From contig CAWDTA010000005.1 in NCBI GenBank assembly GCA_963805085.1, positions 704,001 through 768,000 on the forward strand: a DNA stretch of 64,000 nt, in the 5' to 3' direction. Positions 19,869 through 28,825 of this stretch are shown here, piece by piece. Below the pieces are notes generated by a model. That model saw only the letters and a list, made by a program, of their open reading frames with translations. It made no database searches and was not told where the DNA came from. Every line of letters starts with the position of its first letter. Positions within the stretch are counted from its first letter, which is position 1. The stretch comes from an uncultured Veillonellaceae bacterium (lineage in GTDB: Bacteria; Bacillota; Negativicutes; JARBTT01). Made by a program: the position numbers and the translations under genes.

Positions 19869-20564
19869 ATGGCGGCGAATAAGACAGAAAAAGAAAAAGC
19901 TAATAAAAAAGAAATAGTAGAAGATGTAGAAGATGTAGAAGATGATGAGGAAGAAGAAGAAGAGAAGCCTTCCGTTTTTCTTCGAATTTTAAAGATAGGT
20001 ACTATTACATTTTTAATATTAGCCTTTATCATTGGTGGCTTTTTCGTAGGGGTTTATTTAAGAGTTTTTGATGTAAGCCAAATTAATGATAAACTAGAAT
20101 TATATAAATATCCGGTTATTGGTCAATATTTTGAGAAACCTCTTACTGCTGATGAGAGTAAAGGATCAGGTGATCCAGAGAAACCTGGAGAACCAATTGT
20201 TATTCCTGATCCAAAAGCTCAGGATAAAACAGATAATCCTTTAAAATTAACCGAAGGAGAAAAACAAGCAGATGCTTCTAAACCAATTGCGCTGGATAAA
20301 GCAGAGATCGATAAACAATTAAAGATTAGACAAGCTGAAGAAAAAAAACGTGTATCAAAATTAGCTCGTTTATATGGTTCAATGAAACCAGAAAAAGCAA
20401 TGCCAATTTTAGATGCATTAGACGATGATATGGCGATTGCTATATTGAGCAAGATGGAAGAAGATCAGGTATCTAAAATTTTGCCGCTTTTTGATACTTC
20501 AAAAAGCGCAAGAATAACAAGGATTATGTATAACGGAAAACCACCAGTGACGCAAGTTAGATAG
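19869..20564 (+). CDS. MotE/YlxF-like membrane-anchored flagellar protein (MgtE-N-like domain)
   Basis: Acidic N-terminus, one TM, LARLYGSMKPEKA..IL; lies before fliK. Confidence 0.75.
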   Translation: MAANKTEKEKANKKEIVEDVEDVEDDEEEEEEKPSVFLRILKIGTITFLILAFIIGGFFVGVYLRVFDVSQINDKLELYKYPVIGQYFEKPLTADESKGSGDPEKPGEPIVIPDPKAQDKTDNPLKLTEGEKQADASKPIALDKAEIDKQLKIRQAEEKKRVSKLARLYGSMKPEKAMPILDALDDDMAIAILSKMEEDQVSKILPLFDTSKSARITRIMYNGKPPVTQVR

Positions 20565-20615
20565 TCGGTTATCTGTTATATGATAATAAATAGTTTACTG
20601 AAAGGAGGTGAGAAA

Positions 20616-22145
20616 ATGGATATGCAGATAAATTTAGCTAGTGCTCAGCCTGAAACCAATACTGCAAATGCTAAAACTTCAGCATCAAGTAATTCAAAAA
20701 CTACAGCGAAAAATTCGAATAGTAGTGATAAAAAATCAGGTAAAAACTTCACAGATGTTTTAGCCAATGCTAATACAAAAGCCGATTTGCCAACAGAGAG
20801 TACAACTGATAATAGTAGTGCTAACTTGATGAACAATATGGCAGGTTTAACTAATATGGCGGTTTTGGTTGCGATTAGCTCAATGCAAGTGACACCAGTA
20901 AATGTAGAAACGGTAGCGAAAGTAGATGATACGGTTGTTGCACTTTCATCCCAAGGCGAAGAAAAGAACTTTGCTGGTATGATGCAAACTGAGATGCAAG
21001 ACAATAAACTGGTAAATAAACTTCTACAGCAGGTAGACTCTGGTGTAACAGCTGAAACTCTAAAAGATAGTAATGTTACTGTTGGTGTAAACACAAAAAA
21101 TACATTGTCTTCAGCAAAAACGAACTTGGTTTCAGATTTATCACAAACTCAATTATCAACTGATACATCAGAAACAACTAATGCATTGCAACTAAAAGCA
21201 GCTAGTGATACTCTTGCTCAGATGCAGGTAGTGAAAAATTCTGCAGACAAAGGGGAACAGGTTGTTAACACAATCGTAGAAACTCCGGTTTTGCAAGAAG
21301 TACAAGTTGCGAGCACTAATTTGGAGAACCCATTAACGAAAACAACGGGTACCAATAAGTTGGCTGAAAAACCAAAGGATAACGTAGTCAATGTTAAAGT
21401 AACCAATATGGGGAGCACAGAAAATTTTATATTGGCCAATACTGCATCTACGAATGCCATAACAGCTACGAATGCGAATGTCGTGAATGATGCTAATAGC
21501 AAGATTGATGTTGAATCAACATTAACCAATACAGTATCTGTAACAGAAAAGCCGACTAAATCGCAAATACCAACGGTTGAAGTTGCAAGTAATCATGCAG
21601 AGCAGCCAAATACCAATCAATTTAGTCAATTTGTAACACTAGCGACAGATCAGCTGAATAAAAATATCAGTGCTGAAGCAACTACAACAGCTACTACGCC
21701 ACAACCATTAGCTGAATATGATATTCCGGGGCAAATTGTCGAGCAAGCGCATTTGATTAAAGGCACAGAAGATACACAAATGGTTATTAAATTGAAACCG
21801 GAACATTTAGGTGAATTGACATTAAAAGTTACGGTTGAAAATGGCACTGTAAGTGCATCTTTCCACAGTGACAATAGTCAAGTAAGAGGTTTGTTGGAAA
21901 CAACGATGGCTCAGCTAAAACAAGATTTGACCAGCCAAGGTATTAAAGTAGATACGGTTGGTGTTTATGGTGGTCTTGGTAAATTTTTATCCGATGGACA
22001 AAGTCAACCAGGACAACAAGGGCAAAATAGTCGTTTCAAAAATCGTAAAATTAATGTAGATGACTTTGAAGATGAAGTTGATAAAGTTGGCGGATTAATG
22101 TCAGCCAGTGGTGTAACCGACGATGGTGTTGATTATCGTGTCTAA
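20616..22145 (+). CDS. fliK: Flagellar hook-length control protein FliK
   Basis: Low-complexity N-terminus, C-terminal IKLKPEHLGEL. ATG after AAAGGAGG. Confidence 0.9.
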   Translation: MDMQINLASAQPETNTANAKTSASSNSKTTAKNSNSSDKKSGKNFTDVLANANTKADLPTESTTDNSSANLMNNMAGLTNMAVLVAISSMQVTPVNVETVAKVDDTVVALSSQGEEKNFAGMMQTEMQDNKLVNKLLQQVDSGVTAETLKDSNVTVGVNTKNTLSSAKTNLVSDLSQTQLSTDTSETTNALQLKAASDTLAQMQVVKNSADKGEQVVNTIVETPVLQEVQVASTNLENPLTKTTGTNKLAEKPKDNVVNVKVTNMGSTENFILANTASTNAITATNANVVNDANSKIDVESTLTNTVSVTEKPTKSQIPTVEVASNHAEQPNTNQFSQFVTLATDQLNKNISAEATTTATTPQPLAEYDIPGQIVEQAHLIKGTEDTQMVIKLKPEHLGELTLKVTVENGTVSASFHSDNSQVRGLLETTMAQLKQDLTSQGIKVDTVGVYGGLGKFLSDGQSQPGQQGQNSRFKNRKINVDDFEDEVDKVGGLMSASGVTDDGVDYRV

Positions 22146-22169
22146 TGCAAATAAAAGGAGGAGTTTTAT

Positions 22170-22784
22170 ATGTCAACTACGCTTACAGATGGAACATATC
22201 TAAATACGACGAATGGTGTAACTAATAATACAACTACTAAAACAGCAACTACATCATCTAGTAGTTCAATGGGAAAAAATGATTTTTTACAATTACTTGT
22301 GACGCAAATGAAATATCAAGATCCATTAGATCCACAAAGTAATAGTGAATATGCTTCGCAATTGGCGCAGTTCTCTTCATTGGAGCAGATGCAGAATTTA
22401 AATACAACAGTGAATTCATCACAAGCAACATCTCTTGTTGGTAAATCTGTCGCTTGGGCAGATTCAAAAGGTAATACCTTTAGTGGCACTGTTAGTTCGG
22501 TTAAATATTCAAATGGTACAGCAAAATTGATGGTAGGTGGCGCAGAGGTTGATGTTTCTAGCTTACTTTATGTAGGATCTTCTGATTCATCACAACAAGT
22601 AGAAGAGTTGAACACTATCCAAGCAAGTGGACTTATCGGTAAGAAAGTTACTTGGACGGATTCTACTGGTGCATCACAAAGTGGTACAGTTTCTTCTGTT
22701 TCAGTTTCAAATGGAGCAACACAATTGATGGTAGGTAGCACGGCAGTAAGTATTTCTAGCTTAACCAATATACAGACGGCTTAG
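22170..22784 (+). CDS. flgD: Flagellar hook cap FlgD with duplicated C-terminal module
   Basis: FLQLLVTQMKYQDPLDP, QLAQFSSLEQM. Confidence 0.93.
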   Translation: MSTTLTDGTYLNTTNGVTNNTTTKTATTSSSSSMGKNDFLQLLVTQMKYQDPLDPQSNSEYASQLAQFSSLEQMQNLNTTVNSSQATSLVGKSVAWADSKGNTFSGTVSSVKYSNGTAKLMVGGAEVDVSSLLYVGSSDSSQQVEELNTIQASGLIGKKVTWTDSTGASQSGTVSSVSVSNGATQLMVGSTAVSISSLTNIQTA

Positions 22785-22845
22785 TACAAAGTAGGTTTTC
22801 TAATAAAATAATATAATAAATTGTTGCCTTAAGGAGGTTTGTTAT

Positions 22846-23241
22846 GTGGCTGATAATATGATTTATTATCAAGCACAGCCATTGCTGCCGATTGGTAACT
22901 GTGGTAAACTAGCGAATACCAATAGTGCATCAAATATTAAACCTAATGCGAAAAATAGTTTTGCAAATTTGCTAAATCAAGAAATTGCTGGCGTGAAATT
23001 TTCACAACATGCGCTTGAGCGGATGCAGAGTCGCAATTTAAATTTTAGTAATCATGATTTAATGAAACTAAATGATGCAGTTGAAAAGATTGCTAAAAAA
23101 GGTGCAAAAGAATCATTGGTATATATGAATGATGTGGCCTTGGTAGTTAGTGTTGCCAATAAAACGGTTATTACCGCCATGGATGGCAAGAGTGCAAAAG
23201 ATAATATATTTACAAATATTGATAGTGCAGTAATTATATAA
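22846..23241 (+). CDS. Flagellar operon protein, TIGR02530-like
   Basis: KFSQHALERMQSR, KGAKESLV, VSVANKTVITA, NIFTNIDSAV; between flgD and flgE. Confidence 0.85.
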   Translation: MADNMIYYQAQPLLPIGNCGKLANTNSASNIKPNAKNSFANLLNQEIAGVKFSQHALERMQSRNLNFSNHDLMKLNDAVEKIAKKGAKESLVYMNDVALVVSVANKTVITAMDGKSAKDNIFTNIDSAVII

Positions 23242-23288
23242 GCTGGACCATAAGGAAGCTTAGTGTTGTTGATTGATTGACACAGCAC
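23239..23288 (+). ncRNA. Candidate two-hairpin cis-RNA element upstream of flgE
   Basis: Hairpin 1: TAAGCT-GGA-CC-ATAA-GG-A-AGCTTA. Hairpin 2: GTGTTGT-TGATTGATTGAC-ACAGCAC (G-U pair). Confidence 0.55.
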
Positions 23289-23322
23289 ACTGCACACAAA
23301 AAAAATGGAGGTCGATTTTCTT

Positions 23323-24720
23323 ATGATGCGTTCATTGTATTCCGGGGTATCCGGTCTAAAAAATCATCAAACCCGTATGGATGTTATTGGTAATAATATT
23401 GCTAACGTAAATACGACAGGCTATAAAGCTGGCCGCGTAACATTTCAAGATATTTTAAGTCAAACGATTACTGGTGCATCTTCAGCGCAAGGTAACCTTG
23501 GCGGAACCAACGCAAAACAAATTGGACTTGGGATGGGAGTTGCTAGTATAGACACTACCTTTACTGATGGTAGTGTGCAATCTACTGGTAAAAATACAGA
23601 TCTGTGCCTTTCTGGCTCGGGCTTTTTTGTTGTAGCTGATGGCTCTAATCAGTATTATACTCGTAATGGCGCATTTACCTTTGATGCATCAGGAAACTAC
23701 GTTAATAGTGCTGGTTTAAAAGTACAAGGTTGGATGGCAGATTCTACAGGGACAATCAGTTCAAATGGTGCGGTTACAAATATCGTTATCCCAGTAGGAC
23801 AAACGATGGCGGCAACTGCTACTACGAAAGCAACTTATACGAAAAACTTATCCGCAACTGCAACTGATGGGGTAACGACGACGACTGGCTTAGCTGCAAG
23901 TGCTTTTACTACTACTGCTGAAACAACTGCAGCGGCTTCAGCTTTGGCATCTCCGGGTACGGCCATAACTGTTTCTGGAGCAACGGGAACAACGATTACG
24001 TATGATAGCACTACTAGTACATATACAAAAACAGTTACTGGTACAGCGACAACTGCGACATCATCCTTTACCGCTTATGATAGTGAAGGGGTAGCGCATA
24101 CGATTACAGGTACATTTACGAAGTCAACGACTGCAAACCAATGGACCTTTGCGGCGACTTCCACAGATGGTGGTACGATGACTGGTGGTAGCGGTAACAT
24201 TACGTTTACCACTGCAGGTGCATACTCCGCTAGTACTGTTTCAGATATTGTTTTCACTCCTACTACAGGCGGTGCCGCTACAACAATTGCCTTAGACTTC
24301 AGTGCATTAACCCAGTATGATGGTGATACGACCGTTGCAGTTGATAAAAATGGGAATGCAGCTGGTACGCTCGATAGTGTAAGTACTGATAGCACTGGTA
24401 CAATCGTTGGTAGTTTTAGTAATGGATTGAAGAGGGATTTAGCTCAAGTGGCGATTGCTACCTTTAATAATCCAGGTGGTTTGACGAAATCTGGGGACAG
24501 TTTATATAGTTCATCAAATAACTCGGGCGCAGTGCAAATTAATACAGCGGGTACTGGTGGTGCTGGCTCATTGACGCCATCCAGTTTGGAAATGTCAAAT
24601 GTCGACTTGTCAGATGAATTAACGAATATGATTGTTACCCAACGTGGTTACCAAGCAAATTCAAAGATTATTACTACTTCTGATGACATGTTAGAGACAT
24701 TAGTAAACTTAAAACGTTAA
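23323..24720 (+). CDS. flgE: Flagellar hook protein FlgE
   Basis: MMRSLYSGVSG, GNNIANVNT, YTRNGAF, LEMSNVDL, QRGYQANSKII. Confidence 0.93.
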   Translation: MMRSLYSGVSGLKNHQTRMDVIGNNIANVNTTGYKAGRVTFQDILSQTITGASSAQGNLGGTNAKQIGLGMGVASIDTTFTDGSVQSTGKNTDLCLSGSGFFVVADGSNQYYTRNGAFTFDASGNYVNSAGLKVQGWMADSTGTISSNGAVTNIVIPVGQTMAATATTKATYTKNLSATATDGVTTTTGLAASAFTTTAETTAAASALASPGTAITVSGATGTTITYDSTTSTYTKTVTGTATTATSSFTAYDSEGVAHTITGTFTKSTTANQWTFAATSTDGGTMTGGSGNITFTTAGAYSASTVSDIVFTPTTGGAATTIALDFSALTQYDGDTTVAVDKNGNAAGTLDSVSTDSTGTIVGSFSNGLKRDLAQVAIATFNNPGGLTKSGDSLYSSSNNSGAVQINTAGTGGAGSLTPSSLEMSNVDLSDELTNMIVTQRGYQANSKIITTSDDMLETLVNLKR

Positions 24721-24731
24721 ATAACGGGTAG

Positions 24732-24758
24732 AGTGGGGGAATGGATTCCCCCACTTTT
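24732..24758 (+). terminator. GC-rich hairpin / partial terminator after flgE
   Basis: AGTGGGGGAA-tgga-TTCCCCCACT followed by a short U tract. Confidence 0.6.
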
Positions 24759-24784
24759 CCTAAAATACAGGAGGCATATTTAGT

Positions 24785-24991
24785 ATGATTAAGGTAACAA
24801 AATTCAATTCAGATGAACGTGGGGAATTTATTCTAAATGCAGAAATAATTGAAACGATTGAACAGACTCCTGATACAGTAGTTACATTAACCAATGGTAA
24901 GAAATTTATCATAGAAGAAAAAATGGAAGAAGTCGTTAGACGAGTGATGACCTATAAACGTGCTTTGTATAACGGCAGTAACTTTCGGTAA
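24785..24991 (+). CDS. flbD: Flagellar protein FlbD (SwrD-like)
   Basis: LNAEIIETIEQTPDTVVTLTNGKK. Confidence 0.88.
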   Translation: MIKVTKFNSDERGEFILNAEIIETIEQTPDTVVTLTNGKKFIIEEKMEEVVRRVMTYKRALYNGSNFR

Positions 24992-25112
24992 TAAAGTTGA
25001 ATGTCCAATGAAATTAGCTTATCATTTTAAGTTAATGACATTTTTTTTATAGTTTATTTATGCGGACAGAATTTGAAATTAGATGTCCTTTATAGTATGG
25101 GGGTGGATGAGG

Positions 25113-25583
25113 TTGGCTGAAGAAGAAATTAAGAAAAAAAGTCCGATGCTAATGATTGTTGGTTTAATTGTGGTGGGGTTAATCTTGGCAGGCGGTATGT
25201 CGTACTTTATTGCTACAAAAGTTATGACAGATTCTGTTGGTAAGGTTCCGACAAGAGAACCAGGTGTATTTGTTAAATTAGGTGACGCCAAAGATGGTGT
25301 GATTGTCAATGTCGGTGGTGTGAAAAGTGGTCGTTTCCTTAAAGTTGGTGTTGTTTTAGAATTGGATCCTACTAAAAGTTCAAGCAAAGATGGAAAGATT
25401 CCTTCTGCTACAGAAACCAAAATTTTAGATTCCGTATTGCAATTACTTAGAGCACAAAAGATCGAAAATTTTGATCCTAATAAGCAGGAAGAATTAAAAA
25501 TGCAAATAAAAACAGAGGTAAATAAAGTTCTTGGTGAAAATACTGTATATGAAGTGTATATTACTAATTTTGTTTTGCAGTAA
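25113..25583 (+). CDS. fliL: Flagellar basal body protein FliL
   Basis: N-terminal TM, IVNV, EVYITNFVLQ end. TTG start. Confidence 0.88.
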   Translation: MAEEEIKKKSPMLMIVGLIVVGLILAGGMSYFIATKVMTDSVGKVPTREPGVFVKLGDAKDGVIVNVGGVKSGRFLKVGVVLELDPTKSSSKDGKIPSATETKILDSVLQLLRAQKIENFDPNKQEELKMQIKTEVNKVLGENTVYEVYITNFVLQ

Positions 25584-25639
25584 TGTGAATTCTTAAATAC
25601 ATATTTTGACGTATTTGGAAGGCGAAAGGAGGAGGAATA

Positions 25640-26641
25640 TTGTCAGCGGATGTGTTATCACAGTCAGAGATTGATCAATTATTATCAGCGTTGTCTACTG
25701 GTGTTGTCTCAGCTGAAGAAATGAAGGTTGAGGAAAAACAGAAAAAAATTAAAATCTATGATTTTAAACGTCCTGATAAATTTTCTAAGGACCAAATTCG
25801 CACCTTGTATATGTTACATGAGAATTTTGCCCGGCTTTTAAATACTTACTTATCAACACATCTTAGAACGATGATTAATGTAAATGTTGCATCGGTTGAA
25901 CAGTTGACTTATGAAGAATTTGTTCGATCGTTATCTAATCCAAGTGTTATTGGTATTTTGGATATGGCTCCGCTAAAAGGAAATGTAATTTTTGAAATGA
26001 ACCCTAATATCACATTTGCAATTATTGATCGCTTGTTTGGTGGTGCAGGAGAAGCTTTAAGTAAAATTAGAGCATTGACTGATATTGAAGAAGTTATTGT
26101 TCGTAAGATTATGAATAAAGCCTTGGAAAATTTTAAAGAAGCTTGGCAGAATGTAGTTCAAATAACACCGCATTTGGAGGCAATTGAAACGAATCCGCAA
26201 TTTACGCAAATTGTGCCTCCGAGTGATATGGTTGTAATTATCACGTTGCAGGTAAAGGTTGGCGAAGTTGAGGGATTAATGAATGTTTGTATCCCGTACT
26301 TAGTTCTTGAACCAATTATGGCTAAGTTAACGACTACATTTTGGGTGGCAGCCTCTGTAGTTAAGGAAGATAATCCAGAACAAATTGAAATTTTGCAACG
26401 TAAGATTAGAAAAACATACGTTCCTATGTCCGTGGAGTTGGGAAGTATTGATGTAAGTATTCATGAATTCTTGAACTTAGTGGTAGGGGATGTATTGCAA
26501 TTTGAAACAAAGGTTGGTAGTGAGTTGAGCTTGATTGTAGGTACGAGACCTAAGTTTTGGTGTAGACCTGGTGTTTCAGGAAAAAACGTTGCAGTACAGA
26601 TATCTAGGGTGAATACAGAAGGGGATGATAACGATGAATGA
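25640..26641 (+). CDS. fliM: Flagellar motor switch protein FliM
   Basis: LSQSEIDQLL, YDFKRPDKFSKDQ. Confidence 0.96.
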   Translation: MSADVLSQSEIDQLLSALSTGVVSAEEMKVEEKQKKIKIYDFKRPDKFSKDQIRTLYMLHENFARLLNTYLSTHLRTMINVNVASVEQLTYEEFVRSLSNPSVIGILDMAPLKGNVIFEMNPNITFAIIDRLFGGAGEALSKIRALTDIEEVIVRKIMNKALENFKEAWQNVVQITPHLEAIETNPQFTQIVPPSDMVVIITLQVKVGEVEGLMNVCIPYLVLEPIMAKLTTTFWVAASVVKEDNPEQIEILQRKIRKTYVPMSVELGSIDVSIHEFLNLVVGDVLQFETKVGSELSLIVGTRPKFWCRPGVSGKNVAVQISRVNTEGDDNDE

Positions 26642-27806
26642 TGGTTTTCTTTCACAAGATGAAATAAATGCATTGCTTCAAGGAAACGCGGATGAAACTT
26701 CGCAAGCATCCACAGAAGCAGAAGGATCTGGAAACTTGGAGGCGGAAGCTATAACTGAAATGGAACGAGATGCACTTGGTGAGATTGGTAACATCTCTAT
26801 GGGGAGTGCAGCTACTACATTGTCAGTTCTTCTTGGACGTCGCGTTGATATTACGACTCCCCGGGTTTCAGTTGACACTTTAGGTTCGATTAAAGATCAT
26901 TATCCATTACCATATTTAGTAGTTGAAGTCGGTTATACAGTAGGAATTGATGGCAATAACATCCTGGCAATTCAGGAACAAGATGCTTTGATTATTGCCG
27001 ACCTTATGATGGGGGGAGAAGGTACCAATCCACCAACAGAGTTAAATGAACTTTATATGAGCGCTGTTGGTGAAGCGATGAATCAAATGATGGGGTCAGT
27101 ATCCACTTCCTTATCTACGATGTTTAGCAAGAAAATTGATATTTCACCGCCTAAAGTAAATTTAGTTGATTTAGCTACTTCAGAACCAGTTAGTGAATTG
27201 GTAAGTAATGATGAAGAAATTGTTAAAGTTGCGTTTCGGATGGAAGTTGAAGGTTTAATCGATAGTGAAATTATGCAGATACTACCAATTAAAATTGCTA
27301 AAGAGATGGTTGAGAGCTTAATGAAACCAACGGTTGATGAACCAGCTCCTGTTAGTAGACCTGAACCGATACCGACTGTAGCAGCACCTACCATGACGTC
27401 ACCAGCTCCTCAAGCAGTGATGCCAGAGCAACAACCAATGTATTATGCAACAACACCTGCTCCGCAAACTGCACGAGTGGCTCCAGGCGTACCTGTACAA
27501 CCGGTACAATTTGCCCCATTAACTGCAAATGGAATCGCTATATCGGATACAAACCTTGGACTAATTATGGACGTGCCACTGCAGGTTACTGTAGAATTAG
27601 GTAGAACCAAAAAATTAATTAAAGATATTTTGGATTTAGCGACAGGATCGATTATAGAGTTGGATAAATTAGCTGGTGAGCCAGTTGATATATTGGTAAA
27701 TGGGAAGTTACTTGCCAAGGGTGAAGTTGTTGTTATTGATGAAAATTTTGGCGTAAGAATAACAGATATCGTAAGTCCTATGGAAAGAGCTAGAAATATT
27801 CAGTAA
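26634..27806 (+). CDS. fliY: Flagellar switch/CheY-P phosphatase FliY
   Basis: LSQDEINALL, CheC-type EIGN/EAMN motifs, C-terminal SpoA domain GEVVVIDENFGVRI. Confidence 0.94.
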   Translation: MNDGFLSQDEINALLQGNADETSQASTEAEGSGNLEAEAITEMERDALGEIGNISMGSAATTLSVLLGRRVDITTPRVSVDTLGSIKDHYPLPYLVVEVGYTVGIDGNNILAIQEQDALIIADLMMGGEGTNPPTELNELYMSAVGEAMNQMMGSVSTSLSTMFSKKIDISPPKVNLVDLATSEPVSELVSNDEEIVKVAFRMEVEGLIDSEIMQILPIKIAKEMVESLMKPTVDEPAPVSRPEPIPTVAAPTMTSPAPQAVMPEQQPMYYATTPAPQTARVAPGVPVQPVQFAPLTANGIAISDTNLGLIMDVPLQVTVELGRTKKLIKDILDLATGSIIELDKLAGEPVDILVNGKLLAKGEVVVIDENFGVRITDIVSPMERARNIQ

Positions 27807-27876
27807 TTTATATTAATATAGATATTGATGAGTAAAATCTAAATAAAAACAATTTATATTTAAGGAGAGATGTTTC

Positions 27877-28239
27877 ATGGCGATAAGAGTTTTAGTTGTT
27901 GATGATGCGGCATTCATGAGAATGATGGTAAAAGATATTTTAAGTAAAAATGGTTATGAAATTGTTGGTGAAGCTGAAAATGGTTTAAAAGCTATAGAAA
28001 AATACCAAGAGTTGAAACCAGATTTAACTACAATGGATATTACAATGCCAGAAATGGATGGTATTAGTGCAGTAAAAGAAATTAAGAAAATTGATGCAAA
28101 TGCAAAAGTTATTATGTGTAGTGCAATGGGACAACAAGCTATGGTTATTGAAGCAATTCAAGCTGGGGCGAGAGACTTCATTGTGAAACCTTTTCAACCG
28201 GATCGCGTTTTAGAAGCTGTACGTAAAGCTGTAGGTTAA
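27877..28239 (+). CDS. cheY: Chemotaxis response regulator CheY
   Basis: VDDAAFMRMM, MDITMPEMDG, CSAMGQ, FIVKPF. Confidence 0.95.
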   Translation: MAIRVLVVDDAAFMRMMVKDILSKNGYEIVGEAENGLKAIEKYQELKPDLTTMDITMPEMDGISAVKEIKKIDANAKVIMCSAMGQQAMVIEAIQAGARDFIVKPFQPDRVLEAVRKAVG

Positions 28240-28242
28240 GGT

Positions 28243-28809
28243 ATGCTTAGCAAGAAAAAAAGTGTGTTAGTCATGATGGTTTGCGTAGTATTTGTTTTTT
28301 GTGCAGTGTCTGTATCTTTGGTACAGGCCGCACAAGAAGCACCTAGTCAAAGTAGTGGTTATCTTTCTAATTATCAGGATACTTCTACCGCTCAGCCGGC
28401 ACAATCATCGTGGTTATCTACAGTTGCATATTTAATTAGCTTAGTAATGGTGTTTGTTTTTGTAGTTGGACTGGCTTACTTCGCCTCACGGTTTTTAGGA
28501 AAAAAATTTGGATCTGTGAATTTAGGTAAGTCAAATAAAATACTGGAGAGTCTGCAATTTGGTACAAATCAAGCTATCTATGTTGTTGAAATAGCTGGGG
28601 AGGTTTTACTAATTGGTGTGACTGATCACAATATTACTTTACTAAATAAGATTACTGATGAGTTAGAAATTGGCAAACTTCGTAGTCAAGCAGATTTTAA
28701 TTTTGCTAATGAAAGTTTTAATCATATGTTTGAAAATCAATTAGTGTCTTTAGAGCGGATGGCACGAAAAGTTCCCAATATTTTAAATATCAATAGAGAT
28801 CGTAAATAG
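28243..28809 (+). CDS. fliO: Flagellar biosynthesis protein FliO/FliZ
   Basis: Signal peptide plus TM, LLIGVTDHNITLL; precedes fliP. Confidence 0.85.
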   Translation: MLSKKKSVLVMMVCVVFVFCAVSVSLVQAAQEAPSQSSGYLSNYQDTSTAQPAQSSWLSTVAYLISLVMVFVFVVGLAYFASRFLGKKFGSVNLGKSNKILESLQFGTNQAIYVVEIAGEVLLIGVTDHNITLLNKITDELEIGKLRSQADFNFANESFNHMFENQLVSLERMARKVPNILNINRDRK

Positions 28810-28825
28810 AGAAGAGGTAGAGTCG

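Noticed and set aside
19917-19965. GTAGAAGAT x3 and GAA runs as a phase-variable repeat
   Set aside because: In-frame repeats encoding an acidic tract; slippage would not switch expression.
24992-25112. Absence of motA/motB between flbD and fliL
   Set aside because: Stator genes are commonly located elsewhere (as in B. subtilis), and the spacer has no remnant.
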